Shown here: piece after piece, positions 1 through 9,216 of the stretch
Numbering within the stretch: the stretch's first letter is position 1
How the letters are laid out: every line of letters begins with the position of its first letter
Source of the DNA: Thermoplasmata archaeon
GTDB lineage: Archaea > Thermoplasmatota > E2 > JACPAO01 > JAHFTW01
Direction of reading: 5' to 3'
DNA length: 64,000 bases
Assembly: GCA_034667725.1 (NCBI GenBank)
Contig: JAXDQS010000003.1
Coordinates: 480,001-544,000, forward strand
Made by a program: the position numbers and the translations under genes
Notes under the pieces: generated by a model
The model's database searches: none
Seen by the model: the letters and a program-made list of their open reading frames with translations, nothing else
What the model was told of the DNA's origin: nothing

Positions 1-543
1 CTCCAGCGTGTCGAGGTAGCCGAGGGCGCTCTGGGGTGGCGTGTCGCGGCCGTCGCCGACCGGGTGCACCCAGACGTCGCGCAGGCCCGCCTTGGCGGCG
101 GCCTTGAGCGCGGCACCCAGGTGCGACTCGTGGGCGTGGACGCCGCCGGGCCCCAAGAGGCCCATGAGGTGGAGGCGGCCGCCCGTGCGGCGCGCGTGCG
201 CGAACGCCGCCGCGAGGGCCGGCTCGGTGCCGAAGGCGCCGGCGGCGACGGCGTTGTTGATGCGCATGTAGTCCTGGTGCACGACGCGGCCGGCGCCGAT
301 GTTGAGGTGGCCGACCTCCGAGTTGCCCATCTGGCCCGGGGGCAGGCCGACGGCGGGGCCGTTGTTCAGCAGCTCGGTCGTGGGGCAGGTGGCGCGCAGC
401 CGGTCGAAGGTCGGGGTGCGGGCCAGCTTCACGGCGTTGCAGACGTGGGTCTCGTCGCCGAAGGCGAAGCCGTCCAGGACCACCAGGAGGGCGGGACGGT
501 GCGTGCGCGGGGCCACGCCGGCGGCGACCGGGTGGCGGCTCAA
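1..543 (-). CDS. gpmI: 2,3-bisphosphoglycerate-independent phosphoglycerate mutase (N-terminal part; runs off window)
   Basis: Manual minus-strand translation gives LVVLDGF...GLPPGQMGNSEVGHLNIGAGRVVHQD...LHLMGLLGPGGVHAH...DGRDTPPQSA, the iPGM signatures. Start is TTG 543 or GTG 516. Confidence 0.95.
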   Translation of the reverse strand, partial: MSRHPVAAGVAPRTHRPALLVVLDGFAFGDETHVCNAVKLARTPTFDRLRATCPTTELLNNGPAVGLPPGQMGNSEVGHLNIGAGRVVHQDYMRINNAVAAGAFGTEPALAAAFAHARRTGGRLHLMGLLGPGGVHAHESHLGAALKAAAKAGLRDVWVHPVGDGRDTPPQSALGYLDTLE

Positions 544-1151
544 GAACCCGGCTGGACCATCATGCGCCGGCGTTCGAACGGAAAGCGGCGGTCGTGGCCA
601 TCGCCTGGGTCCTCCGGGTCGAGCCGGGTCAAGGGGAAGCGGTGCAGCACGCGGTGGCGCGGGCCTTCGGGCCCTTGCTCGGAGGCGAACAGGCAGACCT
701 CGTCGAACCAGTCCTCCGCGAACTGGGCCGCGCGGAAGTCGTCGCAGAACCGCCGCAGGTCCACGGGCTGGGGCAGACGGCCGAGGGTCACGTGGGCCGA
801 GAACGGCCGGCCGGCGTTGGGGTCCTGGCGCATGGGGGTCGCGGCCTCCAGCAGCATGGCGAGCCCCTCGATGCCGCCGGCCACGGCGCCGGCCCAGACG
901 ACGCGGGCGCGGGCCGGGTCGGGGAAGGCGCCGACGCCCTGGACGACCACGGGGACGGAGTGCGCCTCCTGCAAGACGGGAGCGACCGCGCGCACCACCG
1001 CCGTGGGGTCGGCCTCGCCCAGGAAGCGCAAGGTGAGGTGCCAGGAGCCGGGCGGGACCGGGCGGAGGCCGGGCGCGCGCTCCCGCAGGAAATGGGTCAC
1101 GCGCGCATATTGCGGCGACGGGGGCGCCTGCACGCCCAGGAAGAGGCGCAC
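540..1151 (-). CDS. thpR: RNA 2',3'-cyclic phosphodiesterase (2H family, 2'-5' RNA ligase-like)
   Basis: RLFLGV N-terminus, two HxT motifs (WHLTLRFLG, AHVTLGR), GAFP...RVVW. Confidence 0.9.
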   Translation of the reverse strand: MRLFLGVQAPPSPQYARVTHFLRERAPGLRPVPPGSWHLTLRFLGEADPTAVVRAVAPVLQEAHSVPVVVQGVGAFPDPARARVVWAGAVAGGIEGLAMLLEAATPMRQDPNAGRPFSAHVTLGRLPQPVDLRRFCDDFRAAQFAEDWFDEVCLFASEQGPEGPRHRVLHRFPLTRLDPEDPGDGHDRRFPFERRRMMVQPGS

Positions 1152-1277
1152 AAGGGAGGATGCCGTGGTGGGATGAAAAAACACGCCGGCATGGGTCGGG
1201 ATTGCCGTGCTTCCACCCGTCTCTGCCCAGGAAACCTAAGCCCGACCCCTGCATCCCCGCCCGCCCAGGTGAGCCAG

Positions 1278-1568
1278 ATGGCCACGTACCGCATCGAGTG
1301 CACCCATTGCCGCGAGACCAGCTTCATGACGACCCGCCCGCCCACCCCCGTCGGCGGCGACCGCGTCGTCCCCCGCCCCGCCCTGCGCTGCTGCCCCTGC
1401 TGCGGCCGCAGCGACCGGATGCGGGTCTTCGTCCAGGCGCGCCGGCCGGCGGACTACCACGACCACGTCCGCAGCGTCTGGCACGCCGACCGCCTGCCCA
1501 TCCCCGGCCAGGCCTGGCGGCGCATCCAGCAAGACATCCAGCGCTCGACGCCGCCGGTGGCGAAGTAG
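1278..1568 (+). CDS. small zinc-ribbon protein, unknown function
   Basis: AGGTGA SD upstream of ATG 1278; CTHC and CCPCC motifs; GC3-rich codons. Confidence 0.7.
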   Translation: MATYRIECTHCRETSFMTTRPPTPVGGDRVVPRPALRCCPCCGRSDRMRVFVQARRPADYHDHVRSVWHADRLPIPGQAWRRIQQDIQRSTPPVAK

Positions 1569-1673
1569 GACCGCAGGCATGACCCGCGCTTTTTCCGCTT
1601 TCCCCTGGAACCGGCCGCCGCTTTCGACAATCCGACCAGGAGGGTCAAATCCCCCTTCGGCAACTCGAGCCGC

Positions 1674-2825
1674 GTGCGGGTCCTCCTAGGCATCGCCCTC
1701 TGCGCCCTTCTTGCCACCACGCCGGCCGCCGCCGACGTCGCCAGCCTCCTGCACCCCGAGTCCCCCCTCGGCCCCGTGCTTGAGAGCCATGCCGGCGCCG
1801 GCGTCCGCTCCTTCGGGCCCACGCACTCTCCCGTCGGCAGCGGCTTCGGCGGCTTCGGCGGCGGCAGCCCCAGCATCAACTACAGCCAGCCGTGCCCGGT
1901 CGGCCTGACCTTCAACGGCCCCAGCTCCCTGCCCTGCATGTTCGTCCCGACAGTTCCCGGCCCCGTCGTGCCGCCGCCCGGGCTGCTGATCGCTCCCATC
2001 AAGTCCACCGAGCCCGAGGTCGAGCCGCAAGCCCCCCGCGACGAGGTGGACGGCGGCCGCGACGCCGCCGCGGACGAGGCCACCGCCGTCGCCCCGCCCC
2101 AGGACGCCATGAGCGCCCGCGGCGCCGGCGACGCCACCCCCGCCCCGCTCCCGCCGCCCCGCCCCACGGGCCTCGCCGCCGCCCTCGCGCTGGCCGGCCC
2201 CGCCCTGCCCGTCGCCGGCTGGCTCGCCGCCCTGCTGCTGGCGGGCGGCGCCCTCGTCGCCATCCTGCTGGCCCGCCGCCGCGCCGGCCTGCCCTTGCTG
2301 CCGCTCGGCCAGAAGAACGGCCGCGCCCGCGCCACGGTGCGCGACGCCGTCCTCGAAGCCGTCCGCGCCAACCCCGGCATCCACAAGCAAGGCCTGGTGC
2401 GCCACCTCGGCCGCAGCAACGGCACCATCGAGCACCACCTCGACCGCCTCGTGGCCGCCGGCGAGGTCGTCCTGGTGCGCCGCAACGGCTACAACTGCCA
2501 CTTCGCCGCCGCCGGCGTCGACCGCCGCATCATGGGGGCCGCCGCCGTCCTCAAGTCGGAGACCGCCCGCAGCCTCCTCCAGGCCGTCGCCGCCACCCCC
2601 GGCCTGGGCCTCACCGTCGCGGCCCGCGCCCTCGGCGCCTCGGTCTCCACCATCCACTACCACCTCGGCCGCCTCGCGGAGGCCGGCCTCGTGCAGGTCC
2701 ACGCCGCCGGCTCCGCCCGCCACGTCCACCCCACTCCGCTGGCCCACCAGGCCCTGGCCACGTGGGCCGGCGCCGCCCCGGCGTCGGACGCCGGCAGCCA
2801 GGCGCCCAGCCTTGCCACCACCTGA
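1674..2825 (+). CDS. membrane-anchored transcriptional regulator (signal peptide, Pro-rich ectodomain, TM, tandem winged HTH, COG3398-like)
   Basis: N-terminal hydrophobic signal; TM ending RRR; two repeats of the type NPGIH..L...LG.S.GTIEHHL.RL..AG.V. Confidence 0.8.
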   Translation: MRVLLGIALCALLATTPAAADVASLLHPESPLGPVLESHAGAGVRSFGPTHSPVGSGFGGFGGGSPSINYSQPCPVGLTFNGPSSLPCMFVPTVPGPVVPPPGLLIAPIKSTEPEVEPQAPRDEVDGGRDAAADEATAVAPPQDAMSARGAGDATPAPLPPPRPTGLAAALALAGPALPVAGWLAALLLAGGALVAILLARRRAGLPLLPLGQKNGRARATVRDAVLEAVRANPGIHKQGLVRHLGRSNGTIEHHLDRLVAAGEVVLVRRNGYNCHFAAAGVDRRIMGAAAVLKSETARSLLQAVAATPGLGLTVAARALGASVSTIHYHLGRLAEAGLVQVHAAGSARHVHPTPLAHQALATWAGAAPASDAGSQAPSLATT

Positions 2826-2857
2826 GCCGTTCTTGGGGAAGGAGCGATCGCCCCGGC

Positions 2858-3052
2858 ATGGGCATCCTCGACATGTTCCGCGGCAAGAAGGCCGCCGCCA
2901 GCCAAGACCCCGTCTGCCACATGCAGGTCACGCCCGCCAAGGCCGCCGGCACGGCCACCCACGGCGGCACCACCTACCTGTTCTGCTCCGCCGGCTGCAA
3001 GGCCAAGTTCGAGAACGACCCGCACGCCTACCTCGGGGCGCACGCGCACTAA
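2858..3052 (+). CDS. YHS/TRASH domain metal-binding protein
   Basis: DPVCHMQV...GTTYLFCSAGCKAKFENDP. Confidence 0.9.
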   Translation: MGILDMFRGKKAAASQDPVCHMQVTPAKAAGTATHGGTTYLFCSAGCKAKFENDPHAYLGAHAH

Positions 3053-3069
3053 GGCGGAGCGGAATGAAG

Positions 3070-3142
3070 TGGGCCACTCCAGATTTGAACTGGAGGCTAC
3101 TGGTCCCGAACCAGCAAGGTTACCAAGCTACCCCAGTGGCCC
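3070..3142 (-). tRNA. tRNA-Pro (CGG)
   Basis: Reverse complement GGGCCAC...GCTGG-TTCGGGA-CCAGT...TCCAG-TTCAAAT-CTGGA-GTGGCCC-A forms a full cloverleaf; no intron; CCA not encoded. Confidence 0.95.
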
Positions 3143-3202
3143 TTGAACGTCCCCGACTTGAGGGGGGTATTTGGGCGTGGTGGCCTGGCGTCGGGCGGCG
3201 GC

Positions 3203-4252
3203 CTACGCCACCAGGATGTCGTCCACCCAGTAGCCGACGAAGTCGCCTTCGCCGCAGCCGGCCGGCAGGTTCGTGAGGGCGCTGCAGCCGGCGTCGGCGT
3301 CGAAGCGGAACTGCACGACCGTCGTGCCGGCGGGCAGGGGGAAGACGGCCTGGGTCCATTCGACGAGGTCGCCGTTGTAGTAGCCGATCTCGGTGAGGGT
3401 GCTGGCGTCGGGGCCGACGAGGACGTGCAGGCCGTCGAGGCCGTTGCTCTCGGCGCCGCCGCGGTACCAGAAGGAGAGCATGGTGTCGGCGGGGCTGGCC
3501 TTGAAGGGCAGGGTCTCGAGGCGGGTGCGGTAGTTGTCCGGGTAGCCGGAGAACCACGACTTGGCGCCGGCCTTGAACTGGTCGGTGGCTTGGGCCCAGG
3601 CGTTCTCGGGGAACTCGGCGTCCAGCTCGGTGGGGGCGCTGGGGTCGGGGGCCGCGAGGACGTTGCTGGTGATGGTGAACTGGCTGCCGTCGGTCTCGGC
3701 GCCGTCGGAGAACAGCGGGACCTTGGTGGGCGGGGGCGGCGGCTGGGCGGCGACCACGAGCATGGTGGCGTTGCCGGGCGCGCCGTTCTTGGGGGTCACG
3801 GTGGCGGTGAGCTTGTAGGTGCCCGCGACGGTGTAGGTGGCGGTGAGCTTGCCGGGCAGGGTGGAGCCGCCGCCGGCCTTGGTGGCCTTGGCGTCGGGGG
3901 TGGCGGCGCCGGTGGCGTTGGCGACCTGCTGCTGCATGACGATCCAGGTGCCGGAGGTGACGTTGGCGCCGTTGGCCTTGGCGGCGAGGGTGAAGTTGAC
4001 CGTGAGGGGAATGATGCCGTCGGGCTGGAGGCGGGCGAAGGCGACCTCGGTGCCGCCGGCAGCGCCCGTGCCGCCCGGCCCGGTCGTGCCGCCGGGGCCG
4101 GTGGTGCCGCCGGGGCCGGTCCCGCCAGGGCCGGTGGTGCCGCCGGGGCCCGTCGTGCTGTCGGTGCCGGTGGAGGCGGGGTCGTCGCCGGAGCAGCCGG
4201 CAAGGGCAAGGCCTAGGATGAGGAGGGCAACCATGCCCTTCGGGTCCGCCAT
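3203..4252 (-). CDS. secreted lipoprotein with Gly/Thr/Pro linker, PKD-like and C-terminal jelly-roll-like domains
   Basis: Lipobox LALAGC; PGGTTG repeats; TATYTVAGTYKLTATVT (PKD-like); FSDGAE...FRFDAD...WVDDI. Confidence 0.8.
   Translation of the reverse strand: MADPKGMVALLILGLALAGCSGDDPASTGTDSTTGPGGTTGPGGTGPGGTTGPGGTTGPGGTGAAGGTEVAFARLQPDGIIPLTVNFTLAAKANGANVTSGTWIVMQQQVANATGAATPDAKATKAGGGSTLPGKLTATYTVAGTYKLTATVTPKNGAPGNATMLVVAAQPPPPPTKVPLFSDGAETDGSQFTITSNVLAAPDPSAPTELDAEFPENAWAQATDQFKAGAKSWFSGYPDNYRTRLETLPFKASPADTMLSFWYRGGAESNGLDGLHVLVGPDASTLTEIGYYNGDLVEWTQAVFPLPAGTTVVQFRFDADAGCSALTNLPAGCGEGDFVGYWVDDILVA
4065..4165 (-). repeat. coding tandem repeat (PGGTTG, 15-18 bp units)
   Basis: About 5 imperfect copies of ggtggtgccgccggggcc. 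Confidence 0.8.
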
Positions 4253-4267
4253 GGCGCGGGGAGGGGC

Positions 4268-5422
4268 TCAGGCGCCCGAAAAGCGTTGCGAGCGGCGGCG
4301 GGCGATGGCCGCGGCGCCCAGCACGACGAGGGCGGCCAGGAGGCCGGCGGGCGCGGGGACGTTGACGGGGCGGGCGACGGGGTCGTTGGCGACGGCGACC
4401 TCCTTGCTGCCCAGGGGCGCGGTGACGTTGATGGTGTGCTCCTGGGACGACCGGAAGACGCCGCCGTCGATCTGGCGGGCGCCCATGTAGTGGTTGAGGA
4501 ACTCGGCCTCGACGTGGACGGTGTTGTTGCCCTTGCGCCAGCCAGCGTGGCTGGAGTCGGCGGTCCAGCGGCCCTCCTTGGGCTCCATCGTGATGGCGCC
4601 CTTGCCGTCGGCGTGCACCAGGCGGACGGCGCGCAGGCAGGGGTGGGCGCGCGCCAGGTCGTCCTGGGTGCAGGCGTGCAGCGCGGGCGAGGGGGCGGCG
4701 TCCAAGGTGGCGACGATGCTGTCGCCGCTGAGCTCCAGCCGGCCGCGCGTCTCCAGGGTGAAGGCGGCGCCGCCGACGGTGAAGGTGAGGTTGGCCGCGG
4801 TGGCGTGGCGGCGGTCCTGGGCGGTGGCGCGCACGACGTACTCGCCGGCGGCCGCCGCGTCGAGGCGGGCCTCGTAGTGGCCGTCGCGCTCGGTGGGCTG
4901 GAGCTGCACCGGCACGGCGGCGCCGTCGCGCAGCACCGACAGGCTGGGGGCTTCGGCCTTGGCGTTGTCGGTGGCCAGCACGTGGATGGTGACCAGGCCG
5001 CCGGGGGCCTGAACGGGCGGGTCGACGGACAGCTCCAGGTGGGGGGCGGAGAAGTCGGAGACGGGCGGGTTGATGGCGACGATGAAGAACGCCAGCCACG
5101 CCATGAAGAACATCGAGGCGGTGCCGAACCATTCACGGCGCTTGAAGTGGGCCACGTCGGCGCCGAGCCTGGGGAACAGCCACCGGAGGCCGAGGCCGAA
5201 GGCGCCGCACAGGGCGAGGCCGCCGAGCCAGCCGGTGACCTGGTTGCCATTGAGCGACGCATACAGCGCCCAGGAGGCGGCGGCCGCAACGACGGCCCAC
5301 CCGATCAGGATGGCCGTGGTCTTGAACGACACGATCTCGCGGTGGATGAACGTGTCCTCGTCGAAGTCGGGCAGCTTGAACTCGTACTCGCCCTCGGTCC
5401 CCGGGACCTTCTCGTCCGCCAC
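4268..5422 (-). CDS. membrane protein with 3 N-terminal TM helices, Ig-like ectodomain and C-terminal anchor
   Basis: GTG start 22 nt from the TATA at 5445-5453; EYEFKLPDFDE N-terminus; C-terminal VPAPAGLLAALVVLGAAAIARRR. Confidence 0.8.
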   Translation of the reverse strand: MADEKVPGTEGEYEFKLPDFDEDTFIHREIVSFKTTAILIGWAVVAAAASWALYASLNGNQVTGWLGGLALCGAFGLGLRWLFPRLGADVAHFKRREWFGTASMFFMAWLAFFIVAINPPVSDFSAPHLELSVDPPVQAPGGLVTIHVLATDNAKAEAPSLSVLRDGAAVPVQLQPTERDGHYEARLDAAAAGEYVVRATAQDRRHATAANLTFTVGGAAFTLETRGRLELSGDSIVATLDAAPSPALHACTQDDLARAHPCLRAVRLVHADGKGAITMEPKEGRWTADSSHAGWRKGNNTVHVEAEFLNHYMGARQIDGGVFRSSQEHTINVTAPLGSKEVAVANDPVARPVNVPAPAGLLAALVVLGAAAIARRRSQRFSGA

Positions 5423-5444
5423 GGGCGCGGCGACGGAGGGTCCA

Positions 5445-5453
5445 TTTAAAAAA
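5445..5453. promoter_or_regulatory. TATA box shared by divergent genes
   Basis: TTTAAAAAA lies 22-27 nt from both divergent start codons (5422, 5481). Confidence 0.7.
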
Positions 5454-5480
5454 GGCGGGGCGGGGTCGCCGCGCGCTCGC

Positions 5481-7535
5481 ATGAAGGCCGGGATGACGAA
5501 CGTGGACGTGGCGGCGCTTGCGAGCGAGCTGGCGTCCCTCGTGGTGGGCGCCCGGGTGGACCGCGCCTACCAGCCCGGCCGCGACGTGATCCTGCTGCGG
5601 CTGCGGCGCAAGGGCACCGGCAAGGTGGACCTGCTGTTCGAGCTGGGCAAGTTCCTCACGGCCACGCGCCGGCCGCCGGAGAACCCGGACAAGCCGAGCA
5701 TGCTGGCCCAGGTGCTGCGCGACAAGCTGGAGAACGCCCGCGTCGTCGGCTTCCGCCAGATCGGCTTCGACCGTCTGCTGCGCATGGACCTGGAGCGCGG
5801 CGACGGCCCCCGCAGCGTCGTCTTCGAGCTGTTCGGCGACGGCAACCTGCTTCTCCTCGACGCCGCCGGCGTCATCGAGCTGCCGATGCGCGGCAGCGAC
5901 TTCGGGGCCCGCCGCCTCCGCAAGGGCGAGCCCTACGTGGCGCCGCCGGGCGCCTCGCTGCCGTTCGGCCTCGACGTGGCCGCCCTCCAGGCCGCCTCCG
6001 CCGGCAAGCGCGACCTGGTGCGCTTCCTCGCGGTGGACCTCGGCTTCGGCCCGCTCTGGGGCGAGGAGCTGGCGCTGCGTTCCGGCGTCGGCAAGAACCT
6101 CCCCGTCGCGCAGCTGGACGCCGCCCAATGGCTCCGGGTCCACGCCGAATTGCAGCGGCTGGGCGGCGACATCGCCCGCAACGACCTCGCGCCCGCCCTC
6201 GTCCACCGCGCCGGCGAGCAAGTGGACGCCGTGCCGTTCGCCATGCTGCGCTACCCGTCCCCCGAGTTCAGCCACGAGGAGGCCCCGAGCTTCCGCGAGG
6301 CGCTGGACGCGTTCTTCGTCGGCGGCCCCGAGTCGGACGAGGAGGGCGACGAGCCCGACGACCCGCGCCGGGGCCGCTACGAGGAGGCCCGCGCCAAGGT
6401 GCTGCGGCAGGTGCAGCAGATGGACGAGGCCATCGGTCGCTTCGTAGAGGAGGAGGCGGAGCACCAGCGCGACGGCGAGGCGGTCTACGCCAGCTTCACC
6501 CGCGTCCAGGCCATCCTGGAGGCGCTGCACAAGGCGCGCGCCGAGCGGCCGTGGACCGAGGTGGAGGCCAGGCTGGCCCAGGGCCGCGCCGAGGGCAACG
6601 CGTTCGCCCTCCAGGTCCCGGAGCTGCGGCCGCACAACGGCACCGCCGTGCTGGAGTTGGCGGGCGCGGAGGGGGAGCCGCGCCGCGTCGAGGTCGATTT
6701 GCGGCTGACGGTGCAGCAGAACGCCGAGCGCGCGTTCGACGCCGCCAAGAAGGCCCGCAGCCGCCGCGAGGGCGCCGAGGCGGCCCGCAAGGACGCCATG
6801 GCCAAGCTCGCCGCCATCGAGGCCGCGGGCCTGGACGCGTTCGGGGCGGCGCCGCAGCGGGTCGAGCGCACCAGCCGCCACTTCTGGTTCGAGTCCTACC
6901 GCTGGACCCTGACGCCCAGCGGCCTGGTGGCGGTGGGCGGCCGCAACGGCGCCCAGAACGACGCCGTCGTCAAGAAGTACCTGCGCGAGGGCGACCGCTA
7001 CGTCCACGCCGAGATCCACGGCGCCCCCAGCATCGTCGTCCGCCCCGCCGAAGGGGTCGCCGCCGACATCAGCACCGCCGACCTGCGCGCCGCCTGCCAC
7101 TTCGCCGTCGTGTCCTCCCGCGCCTGGCGCCAGTACGGCCCCGCGACCGCGTACTGGGTCAACGCCAGCCAAGTCTCCAAGACGCCCCGCAGCGGCGAGT
7201 TCGTCCCGCGCGGCGCCTGGATCATCCATGGCAAGCGCAACGTCGAGCCCGACCTGCCGATGCAGTGGTGGGTCGCCTTCGTCGAGCTGCGCATGGACGG
7301 CACCCCGGTCCCCAAAGGCACCGACGCCGGCGGCCGCACCGTCCGCAAGCTGGTCGGCGCCACCCTCGACTCGCTCCGGCCCTACGCCGACAAGGCCACC
7401 CCGATGCTGCCCGGCCCCATCGGGCCCGCCGACGCCGCGCAGTGGCTGGTCGCCAAGTACGGCGTCACCAACGAGGAGGCCGCCGCCGTGCTGCCCGCGG
7501 GGTCGGTGCAGTTCCTCGAGGACGTGGCGCTGTGA
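5481..7535 (+). CDS. rqcH: ribosome quality-control NFACT protein (Rqc2/RqcH)
   Basis: MTNVDV N-terminus; QIGFDR; ELFGDGNLLL; coiled coil; WFESYRW...GGRNGAQND..VKKY; HAEIHGAP; SKTPRSGEFVPRGAWIIHGKRN. Confidence 0.92.
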   Translation: MKAGMTNVDVAALASELASLVVGARVDRAYQPGRDVILLRLRRKGTGKVDLLFELGKFLTATRRPPENPDKPSMLAQVLRDKLENARVVGFRQIGFDRLLRMDLERGDGPRSVVFELFGDGNLLLLDAAGVIELPMRGSDFGARRLRKGEPYVAPPGASLPFGLDVAALQAASAGKRDLVRFLAVDLGFGPLWGEELALRSGVGKNLPVAQLDAAQWLRVHAELQRLGGDIARNDLAPALVHRAGEQVDAVPFAMLRYPSPEFSHEEAPSFREALDAFFVGGPESDEEGDEPDDPRRGRYEEARAKVLRQVQQMDEAIGRFVEEEAEHQRDGEAVYASFTRVQAILEALHKARAERPWTEVEARLAQGRAEGNAFALQVPELRPHNGTAVLELAGAEGEPRRVEVDLRLTVQQNAERAFDAAKKARSRREGAEAARKDAMAKLAAIEAAGLDAFGAAPQRVERTSRHFWFESYRWTLTPSGLVAVGGRNGAQNDAVVKKYLREGDRYVHAEIHGAPSIVVRPAEGVAADISTADLRAACHFAVVSSRAWRQYGPATAYWVNASQVSKTPRSGEFVPRGAWIIHGKRNVEPDLPMQWWVAFVELRMDGTPVPKGTDAGGRTVRKLVGATLDSLRPYADKATPMLPGPIGPADAAQWLVAKYGVTNEEAAAVLPAGSVQFLEDVAL

Positions 7536-8584
7536 GGCTGCTGCGCAAGTCCATCGCCGAAGGCCTCCTGGTGCTGCGCCTCGACGCCCTCGACGACCTC
7601 TGGACCCTGCGCAACCTCATCGGCGAAGGCGACCTCGTGGCCGCCGACACCGTCCGCACCGCCGAGTCCCCCGGCGACAAGGTGCGCGAGGCCAAGATGG
7701 AGAAGCGCCGGATGCGCCTCGGCGTCCGCGCCATCCAGGTCGAGTGGCACTCGTTCGACGACCACCTGCGCGTCCTCGGCCCGATCGAGACGGGGCCGCA
7801 GGACCACGGCCGCCACCACACGCTCGCGCTGCGCCCTGGCGACGAGGTCGAGATTCAGAAGCGCCACCCCATCGCGGCCTGGCAGCTTCGCCTGGTCGAG
7901 GAGGCCGTCGCCCAGAGCCAGGCGCCCCAGGTGCTGCTGCTGGCCATCGACGACGCCGAGGCGCAGTTCGCCCACCTCAAGGCCTACGGCCTCCAGCTCC
8001 TGGGCAGCCTCCCGTCCGCCGGCCAAGGCAAACGCCACCCGGGCGCCGCCGAGGCCAAGCGCGCCTTCTACGACGAGGTGCTCCGGAGCCTCCAGCTGTT
8101 CCGCGCCGAGGGGACCCCGCTCGTGGTGGTCGGCCCCGGCTGGTGGCGCGAGGAGTTCCTCGCCCACGCCCGCGACAAGGCCCCGGCCGCCGTCGCCGGC
8201 GCCATCACCGACGGCACCAGCCAAGGCGGCCGCGGCGGACTGCAGGAGGCCCTCCGCCGCGGCGTCGTGGACCAGGTCGCCCGCGACCACCGCGTCGCCC
8301 GCGAGACGGCCCTGGTCGAGCGCGTCCTGGAGTCGATCGCGCGCGGCGACGGCCTGTGCGCCTACGGGCCCGCCGAGGTGGCGCGCGCGGTGGCGGCGGG
8401 AGCGGTGGACGACCTCCTGGCCAGCGACGAGGCGGTGCGCACCGGCAAGGCGACCGCGCTTCTCCACGCCGCCGAAGCGGCCCGCGCGCGCATCCACATC
8501 GTCTCCGGCCTGCACGACGCCGGCTCCCGGCTGGCCCAGATGGGCGGCCTGGCGGCGCTGCTGCGGTTCCGGCTGGATTCCTAA
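7532..8584 (+). CDS. pelA: archaeal pelota (Dom34) ribosome rescue factor
   Basis: LDDLWTLRNLIGEGDLV...LRVLGPI...HHTL; VGPG; AYGPAEV; GGLAALLRF; GTGA overlap with the rqcH stop. Confidence 0.92.
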   Translation: MRLLRKSIAEGLLVLRLDALDDLWTLRNLIGEGDLVAADTVRTAESPGDKVREAKMEKRRMRLGVRAIQVEWHSFDDHLRVLGPIETGPQDHGRHHTLALRPGDEVEIQKRHPIAAWQLRLVEEAVAQSQAPQVLLLAIDDAEAQFAHLKAYGLQLLGSLPSAGQGKRHPGAAEAKRAFYDEVLRSLQLFRAEGTPLVVVGPGWWREEFLAHARDKAPAAVAGAITDGTSQGGRGGLQEALRRGVVDQVARDHRVARETALVERVLESIARGDGLCAYGPAEVARAVAAGAVDDLLASDEAVRTGKATALLHAAEAARARIHIVSGLHDAGSRLAQMGGLAALLRFRLDS

Positions 8585-9216
8585 GGCTCGGGCGCGGTCG
8601 CGGGCTCGACGGCGAGGCCGTAGTCGGCACGCGCCTCCAGCGAGACGCTGGCGCCGGCGCCGACGGGGTCCTGCCGGACCCGGATGGTGTAGCTGCCCGG
8701 CTCGGGCGCCTCGCCGGCGTCCAGGGTGAAGCTGTTGGGGGAGCCCGCCACGCTCGACATGTTGTCGACCACGGCGCCGTCGGGGCCGAGGAGCTCCACC
8801 ACGAGGTTGTGCGGCTGCGCCGAGGTCACCGCGACACTGCCCTTGACCGACACGACGCCCTCCTCGACGACGACCTCCAGGGAGACGTCGTTGCCGACCG
8901 CGGGCGGCAAGGCTGGGCCCAGGGTGCCGGTGCTGGAGGTGATGTAGATGCTGTCCGGGTCGGCGGTGTTGTTGGCGCCGTCCTGGTCCAGGTCGTCGTC
9001 GCCCAGGTTGGGCTTGCCGTCGTTGTCCAGGTCGCCCGTGGCGTTCAGGTCGGGGTAGCGCGCCTTGAACAGCTGCGCCGCGTCGGGCGTCGGGCCCCCG
9101 CCGCCGATGGGATCGACGGCCGCCTCGTTGTTGTACTCATACACGAAGACGCCCACCATCACGACGGCCAAGAGCGCCGCGCCCACGATGCCCACGACAG
9201 TGTCGGTCGAAACCAT
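8581..9216 (-). CDS. membrane-anchored acidic extracellular protein with DxDxDG repeats and PPC-like domain
   Basis: N-terminal TM; DLDNDG, DLDQDG; LVVELLGPDG...PGSYTIRV. Confidence 0.75.
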   Translation of the reverse strand: MVSTDTVVGIVGAALLAVVMVGVFVYEYNNEAAVDPIGGGGPTPDAAQLFKARYPDLNATGDLDNDGKPNLGDDDLDQDGANNTADPDSIYITSSTGTLGPALPPAVGNDVSLEVVVEEGVVSVKGSVAVTSAQPHNLVVELLGPDGAVVDNMSSVAGSPNSFTLDAGEAPEPGSYTIRVRQDPVGAGASVSLEARADYGLAVEPATAPEP

